Shown piece by piece: positions 32,676 to 32,756 of a stretch of DNA of 32,756 bases. The stretch's first letter is position 1. Every line of letters begins with the position of its first letter. A program made the translations under genes and the position numbers. Origin of the DNA: Spirochaetaceae bacterium. GTDB lineage: Bacteria; Spirochaetota; Spirochaetia; DSM-27196; SLST01. The notes under the pieces are model-generated. The model worked only from the letters and a program-made list of their open reading frames with translations, ran no database searches and was not told the DNA's origin. The stretch covers positions 1 through 32,756 of the forward strand of contig SKVA01000418.1 of assembly GCA_007129695.1 (NCBI GenBank), in the 5' to 3' direction.

Positions 32676-32756
32676 CTACTGGTCGGCTCCTTCGTCCACC
32701 GGCTCGTCCTGCGTTCGTCGTGCGCTTCCCGGCGTGACGATGACCTCGTCGGCTAG
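32676..32756 (-). CDS. C-terminal 26 codons of an unidentified upstream gene (partial; continues beyond the right edge).
   Basis: The minus frame reads ...LADEVIVTPGSARRTQDEPVDEGADQ, then TAG at 32678-32676. Third positions are G/C-rich, unlike the other frames here. It is too short to assign a family. Confidence 0.4.
   Translation of the reverse strand, partial: LADEVIVTPGSARRTQDEPVDEGADQ

Noticed and set aside
1-32756. Search by eye for tRNA/rRNA genes, CRISPR repeats, IS elements, integrases, long direct or inverted repeats, and riboswitch-sized leaders.
   Set aside because: None found. The largest non-coding gaps are about 150 nt (6137-6286), 84 nt (18207-18290) and 73 nt (29069-29141), and promoter/SD elements account for them. 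A computational repeat and covariance-model scan would be needed to exclude small RNAs embedded antisense to genes.

Overview
GC-rich, very gene-dense bacterial chromosomal segment. I call 28 CDS, two of them partial at the window edges. I found no rRNA, tRNA, CRISPR array, integrase, transposase or long repeat by eye. Intergenic DNA totals only a few hundred nt.

Gene content suggests a free-living spirochaete-like organism (inference only): a FadL/UPF0164-like outer-membrane barrel with a C-terminal TPR tail, a BMP/PnrA-type lipoprotein ABC importer, PilZ, HD-GYP and a GH73 glucosaminidase.

Layout, left to right:
- (a) An envelope module: a partial BNR/Fn3/IPT sensor-like protein that is missing from the ORF track, a 1128-aa all-helical secreted protein, and a divergent FadL-like OMP.
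- (b) Four singleton genes: a membrane protein, a TIR-like/ankyrin protein, a carboxylesterase and a DUF624-like protein.
- (c) A 7-gene minus-strand salvage-type cluster: TK1-like kinase, BMP lipoprotein, ABC ATPase, two permeases, YhhQ and a ROK-like kinase. The last five junctions include four 4-nt start/stop overlaps.
- (d) Housekeeping genes: otsAB fusion, FAH hydrolase plus a small orphan ORF, a degenerate ZIP and an RluA-family synthase.
- (e) A 5-gene minus-strand operon (membrane protein, AlaA, PilZ, M18 aminopeptidase, GH73 glucosaminidase), divergent from a degenerate HD-GYP gene and a TGS-uridine-kinase-like gene.
- (f) aat, plus the tail of a further gene.

Many long ORFs in the supplied track are antisense shadow ORFs. 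Several real genes start well inside their listed ORFs.

I see no hallmark of a known defence system or mobile element. The best candidates for an undescribed system are the salvage cluster (c), the envelope module (a) and the c-di-GMP/cell-wall operon (e). All three are hypotheses. A recurring promoter geometry also suggests several leaderless mRNAs.
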